Below, in pieces: positions 1 through 12,609 of a stretch of DNA of 64,000 nucleotides. Under the pieces are notes generated by a model that made no database searches, had not been told where the DNA came from, and saw nothing but the letters and a program-made list of their open reading frames with translations. The position numbers and the translations under genes were made by a program. This DNA comes from the human T2T-CHM13v2.0 reference genome, Homo sapiens: positions 27,744,001 to 27,808,000 of the forward strand of contig CP086569.2 of the NCBI GenBank assembly GCA_009914755.4. Reading direction: 5' to 3'. The first letter of the stretch is position 1, and each line of letters begins with the position of its first letter.

Positions 1-157
1 ATCGCATGGAAGGATATCAAATCAAATGGAATCGAACGAAAATTATGAATCCAATGGAATCGAAAGTATTCCAAAGAAGAGATTCGAAAGGCATTTAATG
101 GAATGGAAAGGTATGCAGTGAAGTGGAGTGGAGTGGAGTGGATTGTTTTAGAGTGAA

Positions 158-3100
158 ATGGGGTGGATTGGAACACTATGTGGTGGAGTGGAGTGTAGTG
201 GATCGGAGTGGAGTGCCGTGGAGTGGACTAGAGTAGGGTGGAGTGGAGTGCATTGGAGTGGAATGGAGTGGAGTGGGGTGGAATGGAAAGGAATGGTATC
301 AAATCGCATGGTAATGAATCAAATGGAATCAAATGGAATGAAATAATGGAATCGAAGGCAAACGAATGGAATCGAATTGCACTGATTCTACTGACTTCGA
401 AGAAAATGAAATGAAATGCGGTGAAGTGGAGTGGAGTGGAATGTATTAGGGTGGAATGGAATTGAATGGTGTGGAGTGGAGTGGAGTGCCCAGGAGTGGA
501 ATGGGAAGAAATGGAATTGAACGGAGTGGAGTGGAGTGGAATGGAGGGTAATGGAGTGGAATGGAGTGGAGTGGAGTAGAGTGGAATGGGTTGGAGTGGA
601 ATGCAGAGGACAGGAGTGGAGTGTGGTGGACTGGAGTTGAGTGGAGTTGAGTGGAGTGCATTGGATTGAAATAGAGCGGAGCAGAGTGGAATGGAATTGA
701 ATCACATGGTATTGAATCAAATCGAATGGAATTAAATCGAATGAAAAAACGGAATCAAAAGCAAACGAATGGAGTCAAACCACATTGGTTAGACTGACAT
801 CGAATAATATCAAAAGAAATGCGGTGAAGTGGAGGGGAGTGTACTGAAATGGGGTGGAATGAAATTGAATGGAGTGGAGTGGAGTGGAGTCTACTGGAGT
901 GGAATGGAATGGAATGGAAAGGAATGGAATAGAATGGAGTGAAGTGCAGTGCAGTGAAATGGAGTGGAAAGGAATGGAATGGAAAGAATTGAATCAAATG
1001 GAATCGAAGTGAATCGAATCTAATGAAATTGAACGCAAAAAATGGAATGAGTAGAATCGAAAAAGATGGATTCAAATGGCAACAAATAAAATTGAATGGA
1101 ATGCGGTGAGGTGGAGGGGATTGGAATGGAGTTGAATGGAATGTGGTGTAATTGAATTGAATGGAGTGGAGTGGAGTGAACTGGAGTGGAATGGAATGGA
1201 ATGGGCAGGCATGGAATTGAAAGGCGTGGAGTGGAGTTGAATTGAGAGGAGTGGAATGGAATAGGGTGGATTTTGGTGGAGAATAATGGAAAAGAGTGGA
1301 GTGGAATGGAACGGAATGGAGTGGAGTGGAATGGAATGGAATTGAGTGAAGTGGAGTGTAGTGGAATGGAGAGTAATGGAGTGGAGTGGACTGGAGTGGA
1401 GTAGATTGCAATGCATTGGACTGTAGGGGATAGAAGTGGCTTGGACTCCATAGGAGTGGAGTGGAATGGAATGGAATGGAGTGGAATGGACTGGAACGGA
1501 ATGGAATGGAATGGATTCAAATGGCAGGGAATCAAATCGAATTGAATCATATTGAATCAAGTCGAATCGAGTGGAGGAAAGAAATCGAATGAAATCGAAT
1601 GGAATGAATTGAATGGAGTCGAATGTCAACCATGGAATCAAAAGTAATGTGGTAAAGTGGAGTGGAGTGTTATGGAGTGGAATGGAATGGGGTGACATGG
1701 AATTGAATACAGTGGAGAGGAGTGGAGTGGATTGGGCTAGAGTTGAACGGAAAGGGAAGGAATGGAACTAAATGGAGTGGAGTGGAATGGAATGGAATGG
1801 AATGGAATGGAATGGAATGGAACGGAATGGCGTGGAATGGAATCGAATCACATGGAACTGAATGAAAACGAATTGAATGAATTTGAATGGAGAAAATGGA
1901 ATCAAATGGAATCAAATCGAACGGCTTCGAATGTCATTGAATGGAATCGAAAGGAATGCAGTGAGGTGGGGTTGAGTGGAATGGACTGGAATGGAATGGG
2001 ATGAATGGAATTGAATGGAGTGGAGTGGAATGGAATGGAATGGAAAGGACTGGAATTGAACAAAATGGAGTGTAGTAGAATGGAGTGGATTGGAGTGGAG
2101 TGCAGAGGATTGCAGTGGAATGAAGAGGAGTGTAGTTGAATGGAATGGAATGTATGGAATGTACTGGAATAGAATGGATAAGAAAGGAATGGAATGGAAT
2201 CGCATGGAATTGAATAGAATCAAATCGAATTGAATAGAATCAAATGGAAAAAATGGAGTCAAATGGAATCGAATGGCATAGAATCGAACGGTTTTGAATG
2301 GCAGTGAATGGAAACGAATGGAATGCGATGAAGTGGAGCAGAGTGGAGTGGAAAGGAGTGCAATGGAATAGGGTGGAACTGAATTTAATGGAACAGAGTG
2401 GATTGGAGTGGACTGGAGTGGAATGGAGTGGGAAGGAATGGGATTGAAAGGAGTGGCGTGCAGTGGAGTTGAGTGGCATGGAGTGGAGTGGAGTGGAATG
2501 GAGTGGAATGGAATGGAGTGGAATGGAGTGGATTGGAATGGAATGGAGTGCAGGGGAATGGAATGGAATGGTATAGAGTGGACAGGAATGCAGTGGAGAG
2601 GATTGGAATGGAATGGAATGGAATGGAATGGAACTGAATGGACTGGAATGGAATGGAATAGAATGGAATCACAGGGAATCAAATTGGATTGAATCGAATC
2701 GAATGGAAAAAATGAAATCAAATGAAATTGAATGGAATCGAAATGAATGTAAACAATGGAATCCAATGGAATCAAATGGAATCGAATCATATGGTTTTGA
2801 ATGGCGTAAAATGAAATCGCAAGGAAGGCAGTGAATTGGAGTCGAGTTGAATAGAGAGGAATGAATTGGAATGGAGTGGAGTGGAATGGAGTGGATTCCA
2901 GTGGAGTGGAGTGGATTGGATTGGAATGGAATGGAATAGACTGGATTGGAGTGGTGTAGAGTGCAGTGGATTGGAATGGAGAGGAATGGAGTGGAGTGAA
3001 GTCGAGTTGAGTGGAATGGAATGGAGTGGAGTAGAGTGGAATGCAAAAGAATGAAGTGGATTGGTGTGGAATGGAATGGCGTGGAATGGAGTGGAATAGA

Positions 3101-3268
3101 ATGGAATGGAATCGCATGGAAGGATATCAAATCCAATGGAATCGAACGAAAATTATGAATCCAATGGAATCGAAAGGATTCCAAAGGAACGGATTCGAAA
3201 GGCATTTAATGGAATGGAAAGGTATGCAGTGAAGGTTAGTGGAGTGGAGTGGATTGTTTTAGAGTGAA
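158..3268 (+). repeat. HOR unit 1 (alpha1, variant a), 3111 bp
   Basis: Anchor at 158; the next anchor is at 3269; about 99% identical to unit 2 judging from near-identical pseudo-ORFs. Confidence 0.8.
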
Positions 3269-6200
3269 ATGGGGTGGATTGGAACACTATGTGGTGGAGT
3301 GGAGTGTAGTGGATCGGAGTGGAGTGCCGTGGAGTGGACTAGAGTGGGGTGGAGTGGAGTGCATTGGAGTGGAATGGAGTGGAGTGGGGTGGAATGGAAT
3401 GGAATGGCATCAAATGGCATGGTAATGAATCAAATGGAATCAAATGGAATGAAATAATGGAATCGAAGGCAAACGAATGGAATCGAATTGCACTGATTCT
3501 ACTGACTTCGAAGAAAATGAAATGAAATGCGGTGAAGTGGAGTGGAGTGGAATGTATTAGGGTGGAATGGAATTGAATGGTGTGGAGTGGAGTGGAGTGC
3601 CCAGGAGTGGAATGGGAAGAAATGGAATTGAACGTAGTGGAGTGGAGTGGAATGGAGGGTAATGGAGTGGAATGGAGTGGAGTGGAGTAGAGTGGAATGG
3701 GTTGGAGTGGAATGCAGAGGACAGGAGTGGAGTGTGGTGGACTGGAGTGGAGTGGAGTTGAGTGGAGTGCATTGGATTGAAATAGAGCGGAGCAGAGTGG
3801 AATGGAATTGAATCACATGGTACTGAATCAAATCGAATGGAATTAAATCGAATGAAAAAACGGAATCAAAAGCAAACGAATGGAGTCAAACCACATTGGT
3901 TAGACTGACATCGAATAATATCAAAAGAAATGCGGTGAAGTGGAGGGGAGTGTACTGAAATGGGGTGGAATGAAATTGAATGGAGTGGAGTGGAGTGGAG
4001 TCTACTGGAGTGGAATGGAATGGAATGGAAAGGAATGGGATAGAATGGAGTGAAGTGCAGTGCAGTGAAATGGAGTAGAAAGGAATGGAATGGGAAGAAT
4101 TGAATCAAATGGAATCGAAGTGAATCGAATCTAATGAAATTGAACGCAAAAAATGGAATGAGTAGAATCGAAAAAGATGGATTCAAATGGCAACAAATAA
4201 AATTGAGTGGAATGCGGTGAGGTGGAGGGGATTGGAATGGATTTGAATGGAATGTGGTGTAATTGAATTGAATGGAGTGGAGTGGAGTGGACTGGAGTGG
4301 AATGGAATGGAATGGGCAGGCATGGAATTGAAAGGCGTGGAGTGGAGTGGAATTGAGAGGAGTGGAATGGAGTAGGGTGGATTGTGGTGGAGAATAATGG
4401 AAAAGAGTGGAGTGGAATGGAACGGAATGGAGTGGAGTGGAATAGAATGGAATTGAGTGAAGTGGAGTGTAGTGGAATGGAGAGTAATGGAGTGGAGTGG
4501 ACTGGAGTGGAGTAGATTGCAGTGCATTGGACTGTAGGGGATAGAAGTGGCTTGGACTCCATAGGAGTGGAGTGGAATGGAATGGAATGGAGTGGAATGG
4601 ACTGGAACGGAATGGAATGGAATGGATTCAAATGGCAGGGAATCAAATCGAATTGAATCATATTGAATCAAGTTGAATCGAGTGGAGGAAAGAAATCGAA
4701 TGAAATCGAATGGAATGAATTGAATGGAGTCGAATGTCAACCATGGAATCAAAAGTAATGTGGTAAAGTGGAGTGGAGTGTTATGGAGTGGAATGGAATG
4801 GGGTGACATGGAATTGAATACAGTGGAGAGGAGTGGAGTGGATTGGGCTAGAGTTGAACGGAAAGGGAAGGAATGGAACTAAATGGAGTGGAGTGGAATG
4901 GAGTGGAATGGAATGGAATGGAATGGAATGGAATGGAATGGAATGGAACGGAATGGCGTGCAATGGAATCGAATTACATGGAACTGAATGAAACCGAATT
5001 GAATGAAATTGAATGGAGAAAATGGAATCAAATGGAATCCAATCGAACGGATTCGAATGTCATTGAATGGAATCGAAAGGAATGCAGTGAGGTGGGGTTG
5101 AGTGGAATGGAGTGGAATGGAATGGGATGAATGGAATTGAATGGAGTGGAGTGGAATGGAATGGAATGGAAAGGACTGGAATTGAACAAAATGGAGTGTA
5201 GTAGAATGGAGTGGATTGGAGTGGAGTGCAGGGGAGTGCAGTGGAATGAAGAGGAGTGTAGTTGAATGGAATGGAATGTATGGAATGTACTGGAATAGAA
5301 TGGATAAGAAAGGAATGGAATGGAATCGCATGGAATTGAATAGAATCAAATCGAATTGAATAGAGTCAAATGGAAAAAATGGAGTCAAATGGAATCGAAT
5401 GGCATAGAATCGAACGGTTTTGAATGGCAGTGAATGGAAACGAATGGAATGCGATGAAGTGGAGCAGAGTGGAGTGGAAAGGAGTGCAATGGAATAGGGT
5501 GGAACTGAATTTAATGGAACAGAGTGGATTGGAGTGGACTGGAGTGGAATGGAATGGGAAGGAATGGGATTGAAAGGAGTGGCGTGCAGTGGACGGGAGT
5601 GGCATGGAGTGGAGTGGAGTGGAATGGAGTGGAATGGAATGGAGTGGAATGGAGTTGATTGGAATGGAATGGAGTGCAGAGGAATGGAATGGAATGGTAT
5701 AGAGTGGACAGGAATGGAGTGGAGCGGATTGGAATGGAATGGAATGGAATGGAATGGAACTGAGTGGACTGGAGTGGAATGCAATAGAATAGAATCACAG
5801 GGAATCAAATTGGATTGAATCGAATCGAAAGGAAAAAAATGAAATCAAATGAAATTGAATGGAATCGAAATGAATGTAAACAATGGAATCCAATGGAATC
5901 AAATGGAATAGAATCAAATGATTTTGAATGGCGTAAAATGAAATCGCGAAGAAGGCAGTGAATTGGAGTGGAGTGGTATAGAGAGGAATGAATTGGAATG
6001 GAGTGGATTGGAATAGAGTGGATTCCAGTGGAGTGGAGTGGATTGGATTTTAATGGAATGGAATAGACTGGATTGGAGTGGTGTAGATTGCAGTGGATTG
6101 GAGTGGAGAGGAATGGAGTGGAGTGAAGTCGAGTTGAGTGGAATGGAATGGAGTGGAGCAGAGTGGAATGCAAAAGAATGAAGTGGATTGGTGTGGAATG

Positions 6201-6396
6201 GAATGGCGTGGAATGGAGTGGAATAGAATGGAATGGAATCGCATGGAAGGATATCAAATCCAATGGAATCGAACGAAAATTATGAATCCAATGGAATCAA
6301 AAGGATTCCAAAGGAACGGATTCGAAAGGCATTTAATGGAATGGAAAGGTATGCAGTGAAGTGGAGTGGAGTGGAGTGGATTGTTTTAGAGTGAAA
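3269..6396 (+). repeat. HOR unit 2 (alpha1, variant a), 3128 bp
   Basis: Anchors at 3269 and 6397; contains a longer pure (GGAAT) tract (~8 units at ~4905-4946) than unit 1. Confidence 0.8.
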
Positions 6397-9300
6397 TGGG
6401 GTGGATTGGAACACTATGTGGTGGAGTGGAGTGTAGTGGATCGGAGTGGAGTGCCGTGGAGTGGACTAGAGTGGGGTGGAGTGGAGTGCATTGGAGTGGA
6501 ATGGAGTGGAGTGGGGTGGAATGGAATGGAATGGCATCAAATCGCATGGTAATGAGTCAAATGGAATGAAATAATGGAATCGAAGGCAAACGAATGGAAT
6601 CGAATTGCACTGATTCTACTGACTTCGAGGAAAATGAAATGAAACGCGGTGAAGTGGAGTGGAGTGGAATGTATTAGGGTGGAATGGAATTGAATGGTGT
6701 GGAGTGGAGTGGAGTGCCCAGGAGTGGAATGGGAAGAAATGGAATTGAACGGAGTGGAGTGGAGTGGAATGGAGGGTAATGGCGTGGAATGGAGTGGAGT
6801 GGAGTAGAGTGGAATGGGTTGGAATGGAATGCAGAGGACAGGAGTGCAGTGTGGTGGACTGGAGTGGAGTGGAGTTGAGTGGAGTGGATTGGATTGAAAT
6901 AGAGCGGAGCAGAGTGGAATGGAATTGAATCACATGGTATTGAATCAAATCGAATGGAATTAAATCGAATGAAAAAACGGAATCAAAAGCAAACGAACGG
7001 AGTCAAACCACATTGGTTAGACTGACATCGAATAATATCAAAAGAAATGCGGTGAAGTGGAGTGGAGTGTACTGAAATGGGGTGGAATGAAATTGAATGG
7101 AGTGGAGTGGAGTGGAGTCTACTGGAGTGGAATGGAATGGAATGGAAAGGAATGGAATAGAATGGAGTGAAGTGCAGTGCAGTGAAATGGAGTGGAAAGG
7201 AATGGAATGGAAAGAATTGAATCAAATGGAACCGAAGTGAATCGAATCTAATGAAATTGAACGCAAAATGTGGAATGAGTAGAATGGAAAAAGATGGATT
7301 CAAATGGCAACAAATAAAATTGAATGGAATGCGGTGAGGTGGAGGGGATTGGAATGGATTTGAATGGAATGTGGTGTAATTGAATTGAATGGAGTGGAGT
7401 GGAGTGAACTGGAGTGGAATGGAATGGAATGGGCAGACATGGAATTGAAAGGCGTGGAGTGGAGTGGAATTGAGAGGAGTGGAATGGAGTAGGGTGGATT
7501 GTGGTGGAGAATAATGGAAAAGAGTGGAGTGGAATGGAACGGATTGGAGTGGAGTGGAATGGAATGGAATTGAGTGAAGTGGAGTGTAGTGTAATGGAGA
7601 GTAATGGAGTGGAGTGGACTGGAGTAGAGTAGATTGCAATGCATTGGATTGTAGGGGATGGAAGTGGCTTGGAGTCCATAGGAGTGGAGTGGAATGGAAT
7701 GGAATGGAGTGGAATGGACTGGAACGGAATGGAGTGGAATGGATTTAAATGGCAGGGTATCAAATCGAATTGAATCATATTGAATCAAGTCGAATCGAGT
7801 GGAGGAAAGAAATCGAATGAAATCGAATGGAATGAATTGAATGGAGTCGAATGTCAACCATGGAATCAAAAGTAATGTGGTAAAGTGGAGTGGAGTGGAG
7901 TGTTATGGAGTGGAATCGAATGGGGTGACATGGAATTGACTACAGTGGAGAGGAGTGGAGTGGATTGGGCTAGAGTGGAACGGAAAGGGAAGGAATGGAA
8001 CTAAATGGAGTGGAGTGGAATGGAGTGGAATGGAATGGAATGGAATGGAATGGAACGGAATGGAGTAAAATGGAATCGAATCACATGGAACTGAATGAAA
8101 CCGAATTGAATGAAATTCAATGGAGAAAATGGAATCAAATGGAATCAAATCGAACGGATTCGAATGTCATTGAATGGAATCGAAAGGAATGCAGTGAGGT
8201 GGGGTTGAGTGGAATGGAGTGGAATGGAATGGGATGAATGGAATTGAATGGAGTGGAGTGGAATGGAATGGAATGGAAAGGACTGGAATTAAACAAAATG
8301 GAGTGTAGTAGAATGGAGTGGATTGGAGTGGAGTGCAGGGGAGTGCAGTGGAATGAAGAGGAGTGTAGTTGAATGGAATGGAATGTATGGAATGTACTGC
8401 AATAGAATGGATAAGAAAGGAATGGAATGGAATCGCATGGAATTGAATAGAATCAAATCGAATTGAATAGAATCAAATGGAAAAAATGGAGTCAAATGGA
8501 ATCGAATGGCATAGAATCGAACGGTTTTGAATGGCAGTGAATGGAAACGAATGGAATGCGATGAAGTGGAGCGCAGTGGAGTGGAAACGAGTGCAATGGA
8601 ATAGGGTGGAACTGCATTTAATGGAAAAGAGTGGATTGGAGTGGACTGGAGTGGAATGGAATGGGAAGGAATGGGATTGAAAGGAGTGGCTAGCAGTGGA
8701 GTGGAGTGGCATGGAGTGGAGTGGAGTGGAATGGAGTGGAATGGAATGGAGTGGAATGGAGTGGATTGGAATGGAATGGAGTGCAGAGGAATGGAATGGA
8801 ATGGTATAGAGTGGACAGGAATGGAGTGGAGCGGATTGGAATGGAATGGAATGGAATGGAATGGAACTGAATGGACTGGAATGGAATGGAATAGAATAGA
8901 ATCACAGGGAATCAAATTGGATTGAATCGAATCGAAAGGAAAAAAATGAAATCAAATGAAATTGAATGGAATCGAAATGAATGTAAACAATGGAATCCAA
9001 TGGAATCAAATGGAATCGAATCAAATGGTTTTGAATGGCGTAAAATGAAATCGCGAAGAAGGCAGTGAATTGGAGTGGAGTGGAATAGAGAGGAATGAAT
9101 TGGAATGGAGTGGATTGGAATAGAGTGGATTCCAGTGGAGTGGAGTGGATTGGATTTTAATGGAACGGAATAGACTGGATTGGAGTGGTGTAGATTGCAG
9201 TGGATTGGAGTGGAGAGGAATGGAGTGGAGTGAAGTCGAGTTGAGTGGAATGGAAAGGAGTGGAGCAGAGTGGAATGCAAAAGAATGAAGTGGATTGGTG

Positions 9301-9502
9301 TGGAATGGAATGGCGTGGAATGGAGTGGAATAGAATGGAATGGAATCGCATGGAAGGATATCAAATCCAATGGAATCGAAGGAAAATTATGAATCCAATG
9401 GAATCGAAAGGATTCCAAAGGAACGGATTCGAAAGGCCTTTAATGGAATGGAAAGGTATGCAGTGAAGTGGAGTGGACTGGAGTGGATTGTTTTAGAGTG
9501 AA
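6397..9502 (+). repeat. HOR unit 3 (alpha1, variant b), 3106 bp
   Basis: Anchors at 6397 and 9503; pseudo-ORFs 6983..7639, 7248..7778 and 7300..7869 are identical to those of unit 4. Confidence 0.8.
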
Positions 9503-12500
9503 ATGGGGTGGATTGGAACACTATGTGGTGGAGTGGAGTGTAGTGGATCGGAGTGGAGTGCCGTGGAGTGGACTAGAGTAGGGTGGAGTGGAGTGCATTG
9601 GAGTGGAATGGAGTGGAGTGGGGTGGAATGGAAAGGAATGATATCAAATCGCATGGTAATGAATCAAATGGAATGAAATAATGGAATCGAAGGCAAACGA
9701 ATGGAATCGAATTGCACTGATTCTACTGACTTCGAAGAAAATGAAATGAAACGCGGTGAAGTGGAGTGGAGTGGAATGTATTAGGGTGGAATGGAATTGA
9801 ATGGTGTGGAGTGGAGTGGAGTGCCCAGGAGTGGAATGGGAAGAAATGGAATTGAACGGAGTGGAGTGGAGTGGAATGGAGGGTAATGGCGTGGAATGGA
9901 GTGGAGTGGAGTAGAGTGGAATGGGTTGGAATGGAATGCAGAGGACAGGAGTGCAGTGTGGTGGACTGGAGTGGAGTGGAGTTGAGTGGAGTGGATTGGA
10001 TTGAAATAGAGCGGAGCAGAGTGGAATGGAATTGAATCACATGGTATTGAATCAAATCGAATGGAATTAAATCGAATGAAAAAACGGAATCAAAAGCAAA
10101 CGAACGGAGTCAAACCACATTGGTTAGACTGACATCGAATAATATCAAAAGAAATGCGGTGAAGTGGAGTGGAGTGTACTGAAATGGGGTGGAATGAAAT
10201 TGAATGGAGTGGAGTGGAGTGGAGTCTACTGGAGTGGAATGGAATGGAATGGAAAGGAATGGAATAGAATGGAGTGAAGTGCAGTGCAGTGAAATGGAGT
10301 GGAAAGGAATGGAATGGAAAGAATTGAATCAAATGGAACCGAAGTGAATCGAATCTAATGAAATTGAACGCAAAATGTGGAATGAGTAGAATGGAAAAAG
10401 ATGGATTCAAATGGCAACAAATAAAATTGAATGGAATGCGGTGAGGTGGAGGGGATTGGAATGGATTTGAATGGAATGTGGTGTAATTGAATTGAATGGA
10501 GTGGAGTGGAGTGAACTGGAGTGGAATGGAATGGAATGGGCAGACATGGAATTGAAAGGCGTGGAGTGGAGTGGAATTGAGAGGAGTGGAATGGAGTAGG
10601 GTGGATTGTGGTGGAGAATAATGGAAAAGAGTGGAGTGGAATGGAACGGATTGGAGTGGAGTGGAATGGAATGGAATTGAGTGAAGTGGAGTGTAGTGTA
10701 ATGGAGAGTAATGGAGTGGAGTGGACTGGAGTAGAGTAGATTGCAATGCATTGGATTGTAGGGGATGGAAGTGGCTTGGAGTCCATAGGAGTGGAGTGGA
10801 ATGGAATGGAATGGAGTGGAATGGACTGGAACGGAATGGAGTGGAATGGATTTAAATGGCAGGGTATCAAATCGAATTGAATCATATTGAATCAAGTCGA
10901 ATCGAGTGGAGGAAAGAAATCGAATGAAATCGAATGGAATGAATTGAATGGAGTCGAATGTCAACCATGGAATCAAAAGTAATGTGGTAAAGTGGAGTGG
11001 AGTGGAGTGTTATGGAGTGGAATCGAATGGGGTGACATGGAATTGACTACAGTGGAGAGGAGTGGAGTGGATTGGGCTAGAGTGGAACGGAAAGGGAAGG
11101 AATGGAACTAAATGGAGTGGAGTGGAATGGAGTGGAATGGAATGGAATGGAATGGAATGGAACGGAATGGAGTAAAATGAAATCGAATCACATGGAACTG
11201 AATGAAACCGAATTGAATGAAATTCAATGGAGAAAATGGAATCAAATGGAATCAAATCGAACGGATTCGAATGTCATTGAATGGAATCGAAAGGAATGCA
11301 GTGAGGTGGGGTTGAGTGGAATGGAGTGGAATGGAATGGGATGAATGGAATTGAATGGAGTGGAGTGGAATGGAATGGAATGGAAAGGACTGGAATTAAA
11401 CAAAATGGAGTGTAGTAGAATGGAGTGGATTGGAGTGGAGTGCAGGGGAGTGCAGTGGAATGAAGAGGAGTGTAGTTGAATGGAATGGAATGTATGGAAT
11501 GTACTGGAATAGAATGGATAAGAAAGGAATGGAATGGAATCGCATGGAATTGAATAGAATCAAATCGAATTGAATAGAATCAAATGGAAAAAATGGAGTC
11601 AAATGGAATCGAATGGCATAGAATCGAACGGTTTTGAATGGCAGTGAATGGAAACGAATGGAATGCGATGAAGTGGAGCGCAGTGGAGTGGAAACGAGTG
11701 CAATGGAATAGGGTGGAACTGCATTTAATGGAAAAGAGTGGATTGGAGTGGACTGGAGTGGAATGGAATGGGAAGGAATGGGATTGAAAGGAGTGGCTAG
11801 CAGTGGAGTGGAGTGGCATGGAGTGGAGTGGAGTGGAATGGAGTGGAATGGAATGGAGTGGAATGGAGTGGATTGGAATGGAATGGAGTGCAGAGGAATG
11901 GAATGGAATGGTATAGAGTGGACAGGAATGGAGTGGAGCGGATTGGAATGGAATGGAATGGAATGGAATGGAACTGAATGGACTGGAATGGAATGGAATA
12001 GAATAGAATCACAGGGAATCAAATTGGATTGAATCGAATCGAAAGGAAAAAAATGAAATCAAATGAAATTGAATGGAATCGAAATGAATGTAAACAATGG
12101 AATCCAATGGAATCAAATGGAATCGAATCAAATGGTTTTGAATGGCGTAAAATGAAATCGCGAAGAAGGCAGTGAATTGGAGTGGAGTGGAATAGAGAGG
12201 AATGAATTGGAATGGAGTGGATTGGAATAGAGTGGATTCCAGTGGAGTGGAGTGGATTGGATTTTAATGGAACGGAATAGACTGGATTGGAGTGGTGTAG
12301 ATTGCAGTGGATTGGAGTGGAGAGGAATGGAGTGGAGTGAAGTCGAGTTGAGTGGAATGGAAAGGAGTGGAGCAGAGTGGAATGCAAAAGAATGAAGTGG
12401 ATTGGTGTGGAATGGAATGGCGTGGAATGGAGTGGAATAGAATGGAATGGAATCGCATGGAAGGATATCAAATCCAATGGAATCGAAGGAAAATTATGAA

Positions 12501-12609
12501 TCCAATGGAATCGAAAGGATTCCAAAGGAACGGATTCGAAAGGCCTTTAATGGAATGGAAAGGTATGCAGTGAAGTGGAGTGGACTGGAGTGGATTGTTT
12601 TAGAGTGAA
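9503..12609 (+). repeat. HOR unit 4 (alpha1, variant b), 3107 bp
   Basis: Anchors at 9503 and 12610; essentially identical to units 3 and 5. Confidence 0.8.

Noticed and set aside
775-832. Non-pentameric island 'ggagtcaaaccacattggttagactgacatcgaataatatcaaaagaaatgcggtgaagtgg' as a possible inserted element or conserved functional site
   Set aside because: It recurs once per HOR unit and has diverged paralogs elsewhere in the same unit (for example 378-430, and in beta units ~31390 and ~43820). It is therefore a sub-block of the satellite itself, not an insertion.
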